Part shown: in pieces, positions 46,989 through 62,432 of the stretch
How positions within the stretch are numbered: position 1 is the stretch's first letter
Layout: each line of letters starts with the position of its first letter
Assembly (NCBI GenBank): GCA_000934665.2
Contig: JYFJ02001285.1
Span: 1-64,000, forward strand
Length of the DNA stretch: 64,000 nt
Source: Catajapyx aquilonaris
Lineage: Eukaryota
Direction: 5' to 3'
The notes under the pieces: model-generated
Told to the model about the DNA's origin: nothing
Seen by the model: only the letters and a program-made list of their open reading frames with translations
Databases searched by the model: none
Position numbers and translations under genes: made by a program

Positions 46989-49900
46989 ACGACACCATGT
47001 GATTTTTTTTTGACTTATTCTCTCCTAAGCAGTATGCAACCCACCAGCCTTGCCCCAACCGGAAGTATCTCTGACAGGCCGAAACCCGTCACTTTTCCGC
47101 TACCGTGCTCCAATGAATAAGTTTGATCCGAGGTCCATCCGAGTGAGAGATGAATCTGATCCAAAGTCCTTTTGGAGAGGGTCGGACCAAAGTGTCGTCG
47201 GTCTCCCAGCACGCCTCCTAATGCAATATTCATGGGGACGGTCGCCAGGCACGTGGGGATCGGACCAGGCATATTACAAGATCATTTGGGGTTGAGTTCA
47301 CAAACTGCGGCGGTTTCCCACCCCGTGAGAAAAACCCTCGATGGGTGTGAGGTCGAATCCGAATCGCGACTCTATGAAATAATGGATGGGGTAATAAATC
47401 CGGACAGAAGGACACAACGACACGAAATATTGCACAATAGGTTTTTTTTAAAAATTTCAAAACGAAGGGGGTTCTAATGTGTCGTGCCTTTTTTTTCCCA
47501 TTCTATTCAGGTCGGAAATGGAGGAAAATTATGCACAATGGGGGGGTTTGGGCTAATGGTGGAAAATGTATTACAAGCATTATGTGATAAATGGGCGAGA
47601 CAAGTTGAATTGTTGAAAAACTGGAAGGGCAATATTGACGTTGAGTATTAATAACCGTCCCCTGGAAAAAAAAGGCAAATCGTGCCACTAAAATATCAGG
47701 ATTTTTTTGCATTTAGGTAACGGGTCTGTTGGGTGCTGGGATAAAGAATATTTCCATTTTTATCGTCAAGGTTTATGACCTGGCTACAAGCTGTTAACTA
47801 AAAATAAACGCATTTTCTGCTTCTCTTTTTCGACGCCATGCTTTGCAGTTAATTAAACCGTTCAAATGCTTAATTTTTGATTGTTCAGCAGTAATGGTAA
47901 ATGTGCTGCTGGTCACGAACTGTGCACTCTTAGTTCATATGAGTGTATAGCAAAATGATTTTTATCTGAAAAAGATGGCTGGTAGATAATTACTGTATTT
48001 AAAATTTTGTCATTTTTCATCATGTCTGGCTAAATGAACGATATTTTTTCAATAATTGCTTCTAATTGTGTAAACATTTTTCAACAGACAGTTCAGAAGG
48101 TATACTTAAATTAATCAACTCAAGTGTTATTTTCTCATAATGGTTATCATGCAATATGAAAGTGACAGTTTTATTCTTTGTGTTAAATAATATAATTATA
48201 TTGAGCTACATTTTGATTTATTCAAGTCACCGCACTGATGGGAATGAAAATTATATTTGGACTCATTATGTGTGAGAGAAACGAAAACAAAATTCACTTG
48301 AAAACCGAAAAAAAATCTCCATAACTTTTTTGCAATCATCTCATTGTGCAGGCTAAGTTCGCGTTGATTAGAATGTACCTTCAGATTTTACACCAATGTG
48401 TACAAGAACGTCCCCGAGATTTTCCCCTCATTGAAGGTCGAAGATCATCCTTGTCCATCCTTGAATCTGCTCGGAATGCGGAACGGCTTCTTTTTCTGTG
48501 CATCAAACATTTTTTCCTTGTCCCAAATATTTCACGCCCTGTAGTTTTGTAACAATTGCATCCCGTGCAAAGATGATGTTTACTCGGGTCCCTAATCGCT
48601 CCTGACATCCTGAGAAACGCTTCAAAAACCATGGGGGTCCACCCTCCCCATGTATATAATCTTGAAGAAGTCCACCATCCATAGTCGGAAGGATCGTCTT
48701 ACCAATTATACCAGAAGGGGGTAAACAAGGGGTCCGAGACAGTAACTAATGATTTTGTCAAACAGTTTTCCTCCCCGATTTGCTTCTGGAGCGATTGCAG
48801 GCAAAAAGTGTCAGTGAGGTGACCTTAGTTGGAACCAATCTTCCTGACCATCAGTCACTCCAGATGTTGACAGATTTTTTTCGACATAAACTGTCGCTTA
48901 AAAAAAATATGCGTTAAAAATAAAATGAAACATACATTACAGCCTATAAGAGTGGCATCATGCTGTTTTATGTGTGAAGTGCAAAATTGAAATTAATTTA
49001 TAGAAAGTATAAAGCAGATGTCATACTATTTCTATACCCATCAATCAATAGCTCAATTATTCTTGTCCTATACACACAGTCTATCACTTCTATTTTATTG
49101 ACAATCTTATTTGTTCCTCTGTTGTATCTGTTGACAGGATGCTCGAAATAACAACAGTTGGTGAGGGGCATTATATAAATCGCAAAAACGAAGCTTATGT
49201 AGGATCTATTAATAGTATATACAGTGAGGGCAATCACGTGGCCCGATTTATAATGCCAATTTTTACGAACCAGTTTCCGATTAGGGCCGGAAATAAGGCT
49301 GTTCCTCTGATTAGAAGGGGTGGTGGACACGTGCGCTATAAATATGATAAAAAGTGTATATCTCCAGGATTGTTGACGGGTGTTCCAATTTTCCGTTGAG
49401 TTTCAAATCTGGCTAATTAGCTGTCCTGTTTGGACGATTACTTTTTTTTTTAACGCGAGCTGTAGTTTAGAGTGAAAATTTTTGCACAAAATGTGGAGAC
49501 GAATTTGTTGAAACACAGCTTCATTTTACACTGGCAGTGTCCCGGATGAGCCTCGTCTGATGCTGGAGGATCGATGTGAATGAGACCACGCCCACGCTGC
49601 TGGATGAAACACGCCCATACCCGGCTTGATTGGGTCGCTGTTTCCACTGGATGTGACTGACAAAAGCATAACAGACGTGCATTGTTGCCAAAAATAAGGG
49701 CATATGCCGGATATGTGGTTATGAGACCCTCCCAAAATGTATGCTGAATGTTCAAAAGAATTACTGGAAGAAAATAATTTGCCAAATATCAATAAATTAT
49801 GAATCATTCGTAATATAGGCAATATTATAGAAGTCACTAAGGATACGTCAGGCGATTGTGCAATACAACTTATACAGTAGACTTGTACTGCAATGACCTT

Positions 49901-50691
49901 CCTCAATGGCTCTTATGAATCATGAGGTTTCGCAACCACAACCGGTTAGTGCTATTCTTGCCATCAATTCCCAAATATTAAACGCACTGTGTTCTGCTTG
50001 AACAACTTATATGTAGCCTGCATGCCGACGTAAATTCTGACTCATGTTGCGATTTTAGTTGCTTATTATTTATTTGCCTCGTCTGTCAGCAGTAAACTAC
50101 TCTGGATTGGGAAATATGACTTCAGGCAATTGCAAGCCAGCATTCTTTCAAAGCATCTGCCAGATCAACGAGTACGTTGCACAATACGTATAAGTCGTAC
50201 ATTTTCATGTCATAATATTGAAATTTCGGCTATAAAAATGTATGCAAACTGACATGTTCATCGGCTCAGTACAATCAGCGTATATTTATGATTAACATCC
50301 TATTTTTAATAACTTTTTATGTGGCCTACATGCTATGAGGAGCACACAATCCGGGCAGGCAACGCAGCATGAGTGTGGCTCCTCCCCAAATCCGGTGACG
50401 AATACGTTCAGTGGGACCTTTCGATTTGGGGGACTGGATATAAAGGTCCGGCAGGTCCCGGAGAAGAAGGTCCAGTCCAGCTTCTGCAACCAGGCATGAT
50501 GGCTCTTCCTCAGGAGCAGGCATAAGGTATATAAGAAGTGTCCAATTGACGAAATTATAGTTTTGTGACACTTTTTATTGGGATTTGCAGGGTACATATA
50601 TGTGGCAATGACCGGAATGAGCGTGGTATAGGCACAGCAAAAGCATCATCAGGCAAGGAGATAAGGAGTGTCGGTGGCTGTGTGGTGGCTG

Positions 50692-53209
50692 ATGCTGAGA
50701 GTGTCCTGGGCGTCAATGCTGGACGTGAGCCTGTCCCCGGGCGCTGGCAGCGAGGCCTCCTCGCCGGCGCCCCCTAACGGCAGCGAGCACGCATCCGACG
50801 CCGACGCCGACGTCGACTCCGACGACCTGGAGGACAACTCGGACGACCTTTCCCCAGTCACCTCCGACCCTGACGACCACCTCTCCGACCGGGACGCCGC
50901 TCAGGTAAAAATGCTCATTTCGAATTGTTTTCTTCTAAGTTTTTTGGTGCAAGTGTGTCTTGATGTGTAGCTACTTAAAAAAACTGACGTTAGTCTATTT
51001 ATTATTATTAGGGTTCTGAAATATTATGCTTTTCAACATTGCAACTGAAAATAATTGTAAAGAGGATGTTATTACCTTATAATTACGTCAATTGCATTGT
51101 ATAATCATAATTATAGTTAAATATGTTACAATTATGTCATAACGCCGCAAAGCTATATTGTAAAAATAATCGCGAATTTTTTCCACTTGCTAGTGCATGC
51201 AAAAATTTTTACACAAACCTGTATTGTACTGGCAACAATTAGTTAAAAACTTTTAAAAGTAAAAAGTATTAAATAATCCTCAGCTGATGTGCCCGTGCGC
51301 CGCAATAAGACCAACGCAATTGCCGAATAATTCAATACGTACCGTATAAATGAAAGCGCTGTACAGTACATTAGTGAAACGCAATGAAGCGAATAGCCGT
51401 AAAGCGAGGATATGCCTGTAATTGCAAATTCTACCCGTACTTCTACAGTATGTAATTCTGTCAATTTCGACCTTCCTACATGCTACATCATGAGATATTT
51501 CGGCTTGCGGAATGAAAACACTTGTCTGACTCTCTAGACCGGGCTTGCAGATGTTGACATTTTTGCTGAGAAAACGGTCAGAATCATAAAAACGTGGTGC
51601 AAGGAGGAAGTACTTCACGGTGAATACGCACAGTGCTTGGCACTCCTGTAAATGCGTCTTACACTATAGTATAGAGATATATCTCTTAAGTGCGATTTCA
51701 CCGAAGCATGTCATAATTACATTTCATTGCAGGCATTGCAACAACAGAAGCTAACTATTCTGCATAATTATTATGATGAGAGTTTTTTTTCTGTTTGTTC
51801 TGCATTGTAACAGTTGTTTCAGCAAACTTACAACATCCTGAATTATCGTTCCAGGAGTTTCGATGGGAAGAATCGGAGGGACACGACTGCTCCCGAGACA
51901 GTGCTGGCAGCAGCCAAGGACATTTTTCCAGTGTCGTGTTTGACCCCAACAACCTTCACTCCCACGAGCTCTCGGATTCCAGCAAGACAGATGGTTCCAC
52001 TGTCCAATGCGGGTGCGCTACATCCATCTCAATTTATTTGAGTTTTAACAGTCATTACCAAGTAGACAGTATGGATGGTGCACTGACCAAGTAGTCCCCA
52101 GTTCAAGATGTTGACTCTTATCAACCAGTATAGTTTAAAGAGAAGAAACATGTTGGGGCTCATATTTTGTGATTGACCCCTGATTGCTGCTTCTCTTCAA
52201 ACTCCAGCCTAAACAGAAAAAAATAATTATAACTGATCTGCGGACTTGGACAGTGAACCTTCCCGTATGGGCAACACAGGTCGTATTTTCGTCACTCATA
52301 CACTTAAAATATATGGCCGTGCCTTTCAGTGTGGCAGTCAGGCTTGATCAAATGGCTCTATCTCTCATCAGGGGAGGCTTACTCGTCGCAAGACCGGACC
52401 TACGACCTGTGGAACCTGGCTTCGGTCCTTTCGAGGCCACCTCTTCTTCTCAATCCCGACACCATCACCACCACCATAACCACCACCATTCTTCAAACAC
52501 CCACCATCCTCATGTCCACAGAATGGTGAGAAAACTCTTCACCAACAGCCGAGAGCGATGGCGCCAGCAGAACGTCAGTGGTGCCTTCGCCGAGCTGAGG
52601 AAGCTGGTTCCGACCCATCCTCCGGACAAGAAGCTGAGCAAGAACGAGATCCTCCGGATGGCCATCAAGTACATCAAGCTTCTGGCCAGCGTCTTGGAGT
52701 GGCAGACCCGGAACGATGATTGTCCAGCGGAGCAGCAGAAGATATTCAAGAGAGAGACCAATGGAGAACCGGAGTTGTTGCAGGTCAAGTCCGAACATGC
52801 TGCACCTTCTTGCGCCAGGCATTACCCGCAGGAGGTGACCACATCGACCCCGACATATGATCGGAATGGGAACTTGGATTCGTCCTTTCGCGGTTTCCAG
52901 TCTTTCAGAACGGCGTACAGTCCGTTTGCGCTGGAGAGAGGTCCTATCCGGCCGTACATGCACTTGTTCTCCGGTGGACGTCCCAGCACCAGCACCACTG
53001 TCGAGGAGCAGTCATCGGAGGCCTCCACTTCGGCCGATTCCAGGCAGGTCGTGTTAAGGGCTGGTCGCATGGAGGTCGATAATGAGGCCAAGGAGGAGGT
53101 CAAAGGTGACGTGGACGCTGCCAGGTGGAATGGGAAGAGGGTGGACGAAGACTGGGTTCCTCCGCCCAAAAAGGGATGTCGGATCTCATCCACCAATGGC
53201 CAGAGCTGA
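50692..53209 (+). CDS. TAL1: TAL1/SCL/LYL1-family bHLH transcription factor (Drosophila HLH3B type)
   Basis: Exons 50692(or 50716)-50904, 51855-52012, 52330-53209. b[56 protein letters not shown], preceded by a poly-His tract. bHLH exon is certain; the two upstream exons join in frame but are less certain. Confidence 0.9.
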
Positions 53210-53966
53210 CCTTTTAATCAGGTTCAGCGTCTCTAATGTTATAGTTTGTGTGTTGCTCCTGTATCGCAAATAATCATTAATGTGCCAGTAAATTGAAAAG
53301 CATGTTTTATCAATGCGAGCAATGGTTTTCATTTTATTACATTGCGGAAACTGTAGAGCAGCATGGGTCCGTCGTGTATGAGAGTATTGGTAACAATATT
53401 AAAAATGAATATAAATAAATTAATTCATGCGAAAAAATAGTTACGCTTTGCTAATGCAGTTTAATGGTCGATTTAATAGAATTAAACTTTAACTGTTCAC
53501 TGGGTCATTGCTATCATTATATGGCACTTCATAAGCCTGCTACAGAGTGCTTTCATATTGTGGAAAGATTTCACTCGAAAACAAATCTTACGGGATTACT
53601 GATTGCCGTACTGTATTATTTTGTTCCACTACTTTATGTCTTGCTGAAACTGATAAGTGGTTGTCGGTTTTGCTTTTAAAACATACTCAAACTAATTACA
53701 CAATATTGTGTGAATTCCGCTATTCTGATGTCACTTCATTCTAAGGTGTTTTATCCGTTCTTCCACTTAACAAAAGTGTGTTCTCCTTGACTACACGTGG
53801 CATAACTAACTTGTGGTTTTATCATTTTCATCAGAGGTGTACGTACACTCGTATACAGTAGGTAAGTATACGTTTACTACCTCTGACCTTGTCTATTGCA
53901 ATCTAAAGTTTATTAATTCTTCCATTATATATATTGTTGAACATAAATGTAACGCAATAAGATAAA

Positions 53967-54053
53967 TTAACCCCTCGGGTTGGCGGAAGCCCGAGCCAGG
54001 TCGGAGTGTACGCACTCTAGTCCTCGGTCACTCCTCATTCTCCGAAGGGTTAA
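53967..54053. mobile_element. 79-bp piggyBac-like miniature element with TTAA TSDs
   Basis: TTAA-CCCCTCGG ... CCGAAGGG-TTAA; GC-rich island in AT-rich sequence 3' of TAL1. Confidence 0.65.
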
Positions 54054-57000
54054 CTACACCTCGGTGCCATGCCGTCTATAGTGCATTATCAGCATTGCAG
54101 CTGTTTCCTTGTCTGAGATATTTTCTGCCTACGTAATGTGGCGTAGTTTTCGAAACACTGTGACTCATGATGTATTGAGAATATGACTTGTAAAATGGTG
54201 AAGTAATTCTTGCCGTTTTACATATCACTTTATCTACCGTGCATATTATAGTTTGCTTCATTCAGGTTGTCAATAAAGTCCCAACAAGTAAGTGCGCGTC
54301 ATAAATAAAGCTGGCGATGCCCGACGTGACAACACTGCTGCATCTCATATCCTCTAGTTCTGTCTAACACATGCATCAAACATCAATTCAAATGACACTC
54401 ACTCACCGCCGTTTCCCAGTATTTTTTTCTCGATTTTTCTATGCTGACTTCATTTTCACGGAATTGTAACTCCCACTTCTCTAACACGCAGTTCCATGAC
54501 TGTAAGCCATACAGTTTTATGATATACCCAACATTTTTTTATCTTCCTCAATTTCCGATATCCATACGAGTATCGCTTGTAAAAAGTTAAACATTTTCAA
54601 AATGATATTGCATATAGTTTTTTTTTCTGCAAACAGTGTTTTGTCGCATAAATTTGGCATGTGATCGACCGACAAATTCGTCATTACTTACTTGTTGTAG
54701 AATAATATTACAGCCACCATAATAATGTGTAAGCGCATAACAATAATAAGAGACTCAGCCTCCATGTTCTCGATTGTGTAAGCAATAAGTAACGACAATT
54801 GTGCTGAGGTAGACTGCTATATGCAGCTATAAAAATGCACCATTGCAGCAGTTTTGTATATGGTAGTCAATGTGACATTAACCTGTTACAAAATACGCCA
54901 ACATACCATTGCCTCAGCCGAACTGTAAAAATTCCAGCCCCCTTACATACTATAGAATAAAAATTATTAGAGTGTCATATACACGGGCATGATTGACACT
55001 GCGAAAATACGAAAACTTAAGATAAGCGTAAGATAAATGTAATCCTGGGAAGTGTAAATAATACCAGTAAAAACCAACACAGGTTCATCAATTCTGCAAG
55101 ACTGCATTAACAAGTCACACTGATAACAATAAAGGTTAAGATACTCCAAGCCTGGCGGGTTTTCCCATGATTTGGTTGGTGGGTTATTGTACTACAAACC
55201 GGGATTGATTTATAGTATAATTTTATAATGAATAAATTTTATGGTAGACCTATAATAAGCCTAATTTTCTACAGTCGGAATGACGTCTAAAATTAGGAGT
55301 AACTATATTGAGCAGAAATAACCTGGAAACTACTGTACTTTTAGAAGAAATTGAAAAAAAAGCCAGACGTGGGGGCTGTAAATTAACTAGAAATTATTAG
55401 TTCACTGTAGAAAGCAAATTATTCAATTACAGCAATATGCATACACCATTTTGCTTAAAGTGAGAAAACAACGGTCTTTCTTTTAAAAATGAAGAGAAAT
55501 ATTATATCGGTCATTATACTGTATACTGTACAAATAGGCGGGACAAACTCACAAATGTGTATTTATTCAATACCATAATCTTAATTGCTCTCTGTACATG
55601 ACAAAGACAGCGAGGAATTTCCTATATACGTCACCATTATGAAACCCCCAACTTATCAATCCAGGTAGCCGCATATTATCAGGAACATGCTCGAAATGTT
55701 GTCAACGAGTTGATAAGGTCCGAACATATCCGGAATACCCCCCATCATATCACTGAATTCTTCTCTATCACATTGTACCCACGTGTACCCGCAGTCATGA
55801 TGAAGTACAATAGAATTACTTCTGCGAAGTTACATTTCGCAATAGAATTTTTACATGAGCTGCACTTCGACGTACCTGGTTTATGTTAGCTAATTTAACT
55901 ACCGTTAGTGAGCCAAGGTGGTTGAACCAATATCAGTTAACACCTTCCAGGCACTTATCGCATATCGATGACATCACTGGGAGGGAAAATCCATCGAATA
56001 GTTCAGTTCAAGTGCCTTCCATATGTGATAAGAGTTTAGTGGCTCTGTCCCCAGATGGAGTGGGACTCAAGCCTGGCCAGCCAGTTATAATCCCCCTCCA
56101 GGGGAAGTTCGTGACCCATTCAACTTTTATGCCAGCTTTTTCCCCCTTGTGGCTTTGAGAGCTTCACTCCCCAACCAACCGTCGAATCGGAGGAGAGTGA
56201 AGTGTGTGTGCACAACCTGAATCCCATTGTGACCATATCTGTGAGGAAAACACACCTGGAGAGAAAAAGGCCACAGGTGAGCACTTTTCTGATATTAAGA
56301 AAACTATACCCAAAATACGGGTTGAGAGAGCAATGTCTTGGTTCTTTGGCCTTAAGGAGGGGTGATTTTTTTTTCGTCTCTGGACCTCTCTTCAAGAGGA
56401 GGAGTCAAATGGCAGCGGTTCTTCAGCGTTTTTTTTAAAGGGAAGGTGCGGGATTGCTGGCGGGATGACATTCGTGTTGGGGTGAGGAATGTGGATAAAA
56501 AAAAGCTGATTTCCGCGTTATTTCGCAAAAATTGCGTCCGTGGCATTTCGCGAGAAGCTGGCTAACCAGGTTTAATGGCGTTTGGATTTTTTTTGGGAGG
56601 GAAGAACAGAGGCAACTATGTGAACAGATAAAACTTGACGAGTAGTTCAGGCTATTGTGGTGCCATTATTTTTGACAGACATTTGTTATGAACTGACGCA
56701 TTGTGCATTCAATCCTAGGGAAAGATATATTGTTGTGCGGTTTCTGCGTATTTCCCAAGGCGTAATAAACAAACGCCGATTCTCTCTTTAAAATTGCATT
56801 AACATCGGAATAGAAAATGTAAGTGCGTCACTTGCATAACAGTCTGGCGAATAAATTTTACGCGGAAAAAAGCCGTCTGTCCGCATGTAAATGAGCAGAT
56901 GGGCGGGCCAGGTAACAGGTAAACCTCGCAAAGCTTCCGGACATATCTGATTAAATTTTTTTAAATGTATAACAATACAACTTGAGATATGACGTCTCAA

Positions 57001-60000
57001 ATGACATCCAAAGAATTTGGCACAATTTATCAATCCAAGGTCAATACTTCAATGGTCAAGTGTACCAAGCTAATAAAGAAATTCAAGAGTGCGTGTTGGG
57101 AAAGGTGACTGATGCGATCCTTTCATCACGACATTTATACATATACTTAGTTAATGCAACTCGAGGGTTTATTAGAGTCAGATCATTACTTTGTCATGGG
57201 TGCTAGACACGATAAAAACGTCCCGATAATTTGAGTGGAGAGGGGGTCGAGTTTCGCGAATTATTATATCGCCTGAGTCTTTGCAAACACTTTTGCGCGA
57301 GTAGCCTCTTCCACCTTCGATGCTTATCATGGCCACCAACTGCCTCGTAAATTTTGTCTCAAGGTTGGAGACTGTCAAGATGGAATGGGTAGTCATCTTT
57401 GTAATGTTGGTAAACATGTCGGACGTTCCGGAGAAGTCGATCCCAAGCCAGGTGAGGGAAAAACCCAGTGGTACTACGTCCACAGGGTGAGTCATAAGTT
57501 GGGTGGGCGACTCGTGGAAAATTTTATGTGGCTAGTCACAATGGCATCGTTGCATCTTTTGTGTATACACTGGAGGCAATTCAGAGTCAGGCTTCTTCTT
57601 TTTTTTACTGGCTGTTTATGGCAGACTGTGCGATCAGGAAATATAAAACAACTGCTACTTTCGTGAAATCCGGACACGGAATAGTACAGTAATTTCCCTT
57701 TCCGTGTTCAGTCAATCGAATTGAATAGCACAATAGACTGCCAGGATATAAATATTGTGGCGATGCACACTGAAATATGAACAGTCTAAATTTATTTGCT
57801 GATATCTCACATGTAAAAGACATCCCAAGAACAGTCGGATTTCTGGCCTTGTTGGAGTTTTCTACAAGGAACTATAGCATTGGACCAAATTAAGCGGATG
57901 CCAGTCATTTTCCAGCGATAGATGAAAATTCGACAGGAATTACACTGTACACGTCACCAGATCCGGAACCCCTGCGGATTCAGAATTTCCTCCGGAAATC
58001 ACCGCAAAGGAGTGTGGTGCTGTAGAAAAACCGAAAGGACGTCCTTAGCGATAGAAGGACTTGGCCTGGTAAAATAACAATATGGATAAGTTTAAAAACA
58101 GAATATAATAGGAGTCCAAGGGGACACCTGATGAGGGTGTGACCTCACAATATGAAAAAGAATATCGATTTAATGTCCTCGTTCTCATTCCCCTGTGGAG
58201 CAATTTCCAGCTGATACACGTGCCTATGGGAGACAGCCTTGGTGGAAGTCTATGCGAAAATGAGTGCCTAATTAATCTTAAATCGATCTGGGTAATTTTC
58301 CTAGTTAATCCCCACGGCCTTGCGTTATAGCCACGTATTTATTCGTGCATGATAGATCTTGTCCTTGCTCATGAGGTAAAAAAAATCTTCATGTGTGGAC
58401 CTGGACACACTTGACTTGTCACATGAGTATATCTACAGTGAGTCAACTTTTGCAAGTCAAATGTCGGCTGGTGTCGGTGACTTTTCATTAGCAACCACAA
58501 CATTTCCATTTGAAAAAGGGGAAGGCCACGGTGCATCTTCTCAAGCTTTCTTTGACCAATAAGTTTCCAGTTATGGTGAGACAAAGGGCGTGCTGACCTT
58601 GGGCACAGGTTATACTGAGGAATACCTGCGGAATTGGCGGGCTGGCACGTCACGTAACTCGTTATTTCCAGTTGGCTTTATCACGGTTGTGACTATTATA
58701 TGATGGGACTAGATTCAAAGATCAGGTAAAAGTGCACATTGATAACATGGGAAAGTCCAGCTGACTTCGTTTGCTATCGGAAAAATGTGTATTGACCTCG
58801 CATTTCTTGTCGCACTTCACTGGATACATCAGATTGTGTGTATCCGTGAAACGCATCATCACGCATGCAAATCACGTTCGTGAGAAGAACCCGGCAATTT
58901 ACACAAACAGAAATTCATCACTCATTTGCGAACAGGAAGTTGTAGCGTATATTACTGAATCGCAATTGTGGTTTTGAATTAGCGCAAATGACATGATGAG
59001 CCCGATATTTATTGCGACGAACTGACAATATGTCGACAGGCGGATAAAAAAAACTCACGAAGCGTGGTTCCCTTTGACAATTTTTTTTATTCTATATTTT
59101 ATGTCCCCCCACGCTTCTGGGAAGGCAGCAAAAGACAAGGCCATGACTCGGACGATAGCCTCTTTCGTGACTTCATACTGACATCACTGGATAGCTGGAC
59201 ATGAATTCATCATGCGCTCACAATCTGAAAACGAATTGCCGAGTTGTTTCTACCGATTTTCCATTAAAGAAGGTGCAGAGACTGTCTGTAATATTGACAT
59301 GAGACCGCACCTCTAACCGGCCATGTAAAAAAACTTCAGGCGCGTCCTACAAAAAGTTACGCAACAGCTTAACTTTCACTTCTGGAATTTCAGACCGCAC
59401 TTAGGCAATAACAGACGACATATTCTTCGAAGTAATAATTTCTGAGCTATAGATGGCGGCTTCATAAAAAAGCGACGCCATCGCACGAAGGAAGGTCGTC
59501 ACTAATTATTATAACAGAAGGAAGCGGAGACACGGTCAGTTGCCAAAACAGAAGGTGTCCAGGTGACTTCCACCTGTGTGGCGACCGAGACTAGGACACC
59601 AACTTTCCGATTTGGAAATTAGCTCCAATGAGAAATGCGCCCTCGGGTGACTGGCAGAGCAATCAAGCACGACAATAGCTCCGACCCTATTCAGTAGCAA
59701 TAATTTTGATAGTGGGACACTTACTTTCCATTAATGACAAGGGGTGTCTTCTCTGCCCCGTCCTATTTTATGTAATCTTGGGGTAGTCCCTATGTTATAC
59801 TGTGCACCGGAAATAGCCACTTTGGTGGGTGTCATTACCTGGCGTTTCACCTGCTGGGGTCATGGAAACTTACATGTAGCCAACCCTTTCGAGACGGCTG
59901 GATGAGTCACGAGTTATGACTTTGCATTCACTGGAAAGTACTTAGAAGCCGGCTTTTTGCACGTGGTTCAAACCCATGGAAATTATTACTGTGTACTGGC

Positions 60001-62432
60001 ATTAATGATCAACGCTTTGTTTTGAGAGCTTTAGCCTTAATTCATTAGCATGCGCGGGCCATGAATAAACAAAGTGATGTCAAAACGTGTGACCCACAAT
60101 CACGGGCCGGAAATCTGGCTACTCAGCCAGGATGTTACGTCACGCATCTTGTGGTCAGTTTTGTTACAATTGGTCGGAAGAGAAGCTTGATCGATTTGAA
60201 CGTATACGCATTCTGGATTGCAAAGAAATCGATGGTGAAGCGGGGGTCGTTCACTTCTGCTTATGTCCCAGCTCACCAAATAGCGTTTTCCCTTCACTTT
60301 TTTTTTTCTACGGAGGAGGCCTTCACAAGGTGTGTCGAAAAGGGGCTGTTTATACCTGATGAATATTTCACCTGCGGAGATAAAAAAGGGGACGACATAT
60401 AAGGACATTTGTCATGAGATTGACAGCACGAAAGAGGAGAAATGGGTCAGAGGCGGCTGTGGATAATAGGAATTGTCAATTAGATATTGATTATGAATCG
60501 ACTAAAAATGGGAACCATGTGAGTAGGTCTGTCACGTGTAATTTTTTTTTTGTTCGAAAATGGCTGTGGCTAAAAATAACTATATTTGAATAGTTTAGAA
60601 GATGCCGTGTAAACCTCGTATCATGAGAAGTTCGCCATTTACATGAGCGTGGTAATACATGGCATGAACCTGCTCTTATCAGCGGTCTGCTCTCTAGGAC
60701 CTACTTATTTACAGTGAATCATTTATCCCAACAGACGTCCAATTCCTAAATCAATTTTCTCCATTACTGACAGTACAATAGTTAATAACCCTATAGTGAT
60801 TGTTCGTCGATTTAATGTGAATTGAATATGAATTTCACATTACATGCTATTTCGAAGGGAGAACGAAAAGGTTTTATAGTCGCTTAATGATTTGGTTGAA
60901 GTCATTACAGTATTTAATTTTGGCACGAGTCATAGCTTACCTCATAGTCGAATGCCACGACTAATTTTGCTTGGCCTGCAATCGTCTGTAGTTAGATAAT
61001 AACACCCTGGGACACTAAGGGCATTTGCCCTTAAAAAGTAACACGAGTGCATTAATAAAATTGTAACATGCACTATATCTGATGTGCAACTCGTGTTGCT
61101 GCAATAGTTTTTTTTTGCAATCGTGCAGTTTCGCATGATCAAACCCTGATAACCCCTGCAATACAACTGTTAAGTGATACTAAACAGCCTCCGGCATTTT
61201 GCACTGTCTCGCTATCTTGATTGCAACATAACAAAGTCGCTGCTTGACTCTTCCGTGAAAATTACTTAAAAGCAAACATATTTTTGCGAGTATAGTGAGT
61301 CAAAAGGACGTTGTCCTGTCCGGTCGTGAATCAAAAGAGATGGGTCCGCACACGCTACAAACCATGTATAACGTGCATGGTGGTCCTGAAGGTTTTATGG
61401 TTCATACACGCACATATCGAAAAATGACGTGCACAGCTTATGCAGCAAACAATCGCCTTGTTGCCATTCCAGTTGTGTCTCGTTAATTATGTGGCATCCA
61501 TATATCCCTGCTTCTAACTACCGGCGATAACTACTGTCCTTGGCACTGACCCCTTTTTTGATAGTGTTTTATATAAGGCCTGGTTATGTTGATTCAGCAT
61601 GCACAATACAGAGTTCAGAGTATATCTTACGACCTACATGTCTGCACTGGTATTGAGGCGGAAGATTTTACACAAATTACGTCATCAAAAACCGGTATCT
61701 TTCCGATCATCACTCGTGACTGGATTTCAAGACCACCCGATTCTGGTTTTTCTTATGTGGTATGACGTCAATTCGTAGGACGTGTCTATATGGGAAAAAA
61801 AGTCCTGTGGGTTGATTTTCCTGGAGCAGGAAGGAAGCTGTAAGACGAAGAAAAAAAAACTTTTTTACAACAAGGCTGTTTCATAATGATGGCTTCACTA
61901 TCATCAGACGCAGTTTCCGAGGATGAACTTGGACTTGGGTGCCCGTAAACTTGTGGCGTGAACGACCTTCAGTCAAGGGTTCGTCTCAGAGGGTAGGCCC
62001 CCCCTTACTGCCTAATCTTGAAGGCTTCATGAGCTCCAAAAAAAAAAAATGCAGGAAAAACTCGCGTGATGCGGGAAAGATTCTGGATCTGATAAAAATG
62101 CACGTCGATACGGTAGAATTGCAAATCCCGAATTTGCGGATTTTAAAATACGTAACTTTCTAGTTATCGCTCATGTATGCAGGAGCCAATTCTTCCGTGA
62201 CGTAAATTCACTCTGGTGTAACTAATTGTGGAATTGCTGCTGGCGGTGTTATGGTAAAGGAACGAAAACGAAAGTGCTTTTTTTCTTCTTCTTATTCTGC
62301 ATATGTAACAGTGTGTGAGTCCTAATTCACGGACACATGCAGTAAAAACTGTGTACATCGCATTTTGTAAATATTTCAGCAATTACAGGACATATTATGC
62401 TAATGATTTTCCTTATCACTATAGTTGCAGAA

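Noticed and set aside
47060..47100. Hammerhead-like CTGACAGGCCGAAACCCGTC
   Set aside because: Lacks the complete CUGANGA core and stem II; probably chance.
44380..50300. Short ORFs between the APD1-4-like gene and TAL1
   Set aside because: No domain signatures or consistent splice chain; no transposase or reverse transcriptase motifs recognised.
57364..58070. Possible small exons (donors near 57451, 57487, 58069)
   Set aside because: Splice-like signals exist but no convincing spliced ORF or homology; could be UTR or lncRNA exons, unsupported without RNA data.
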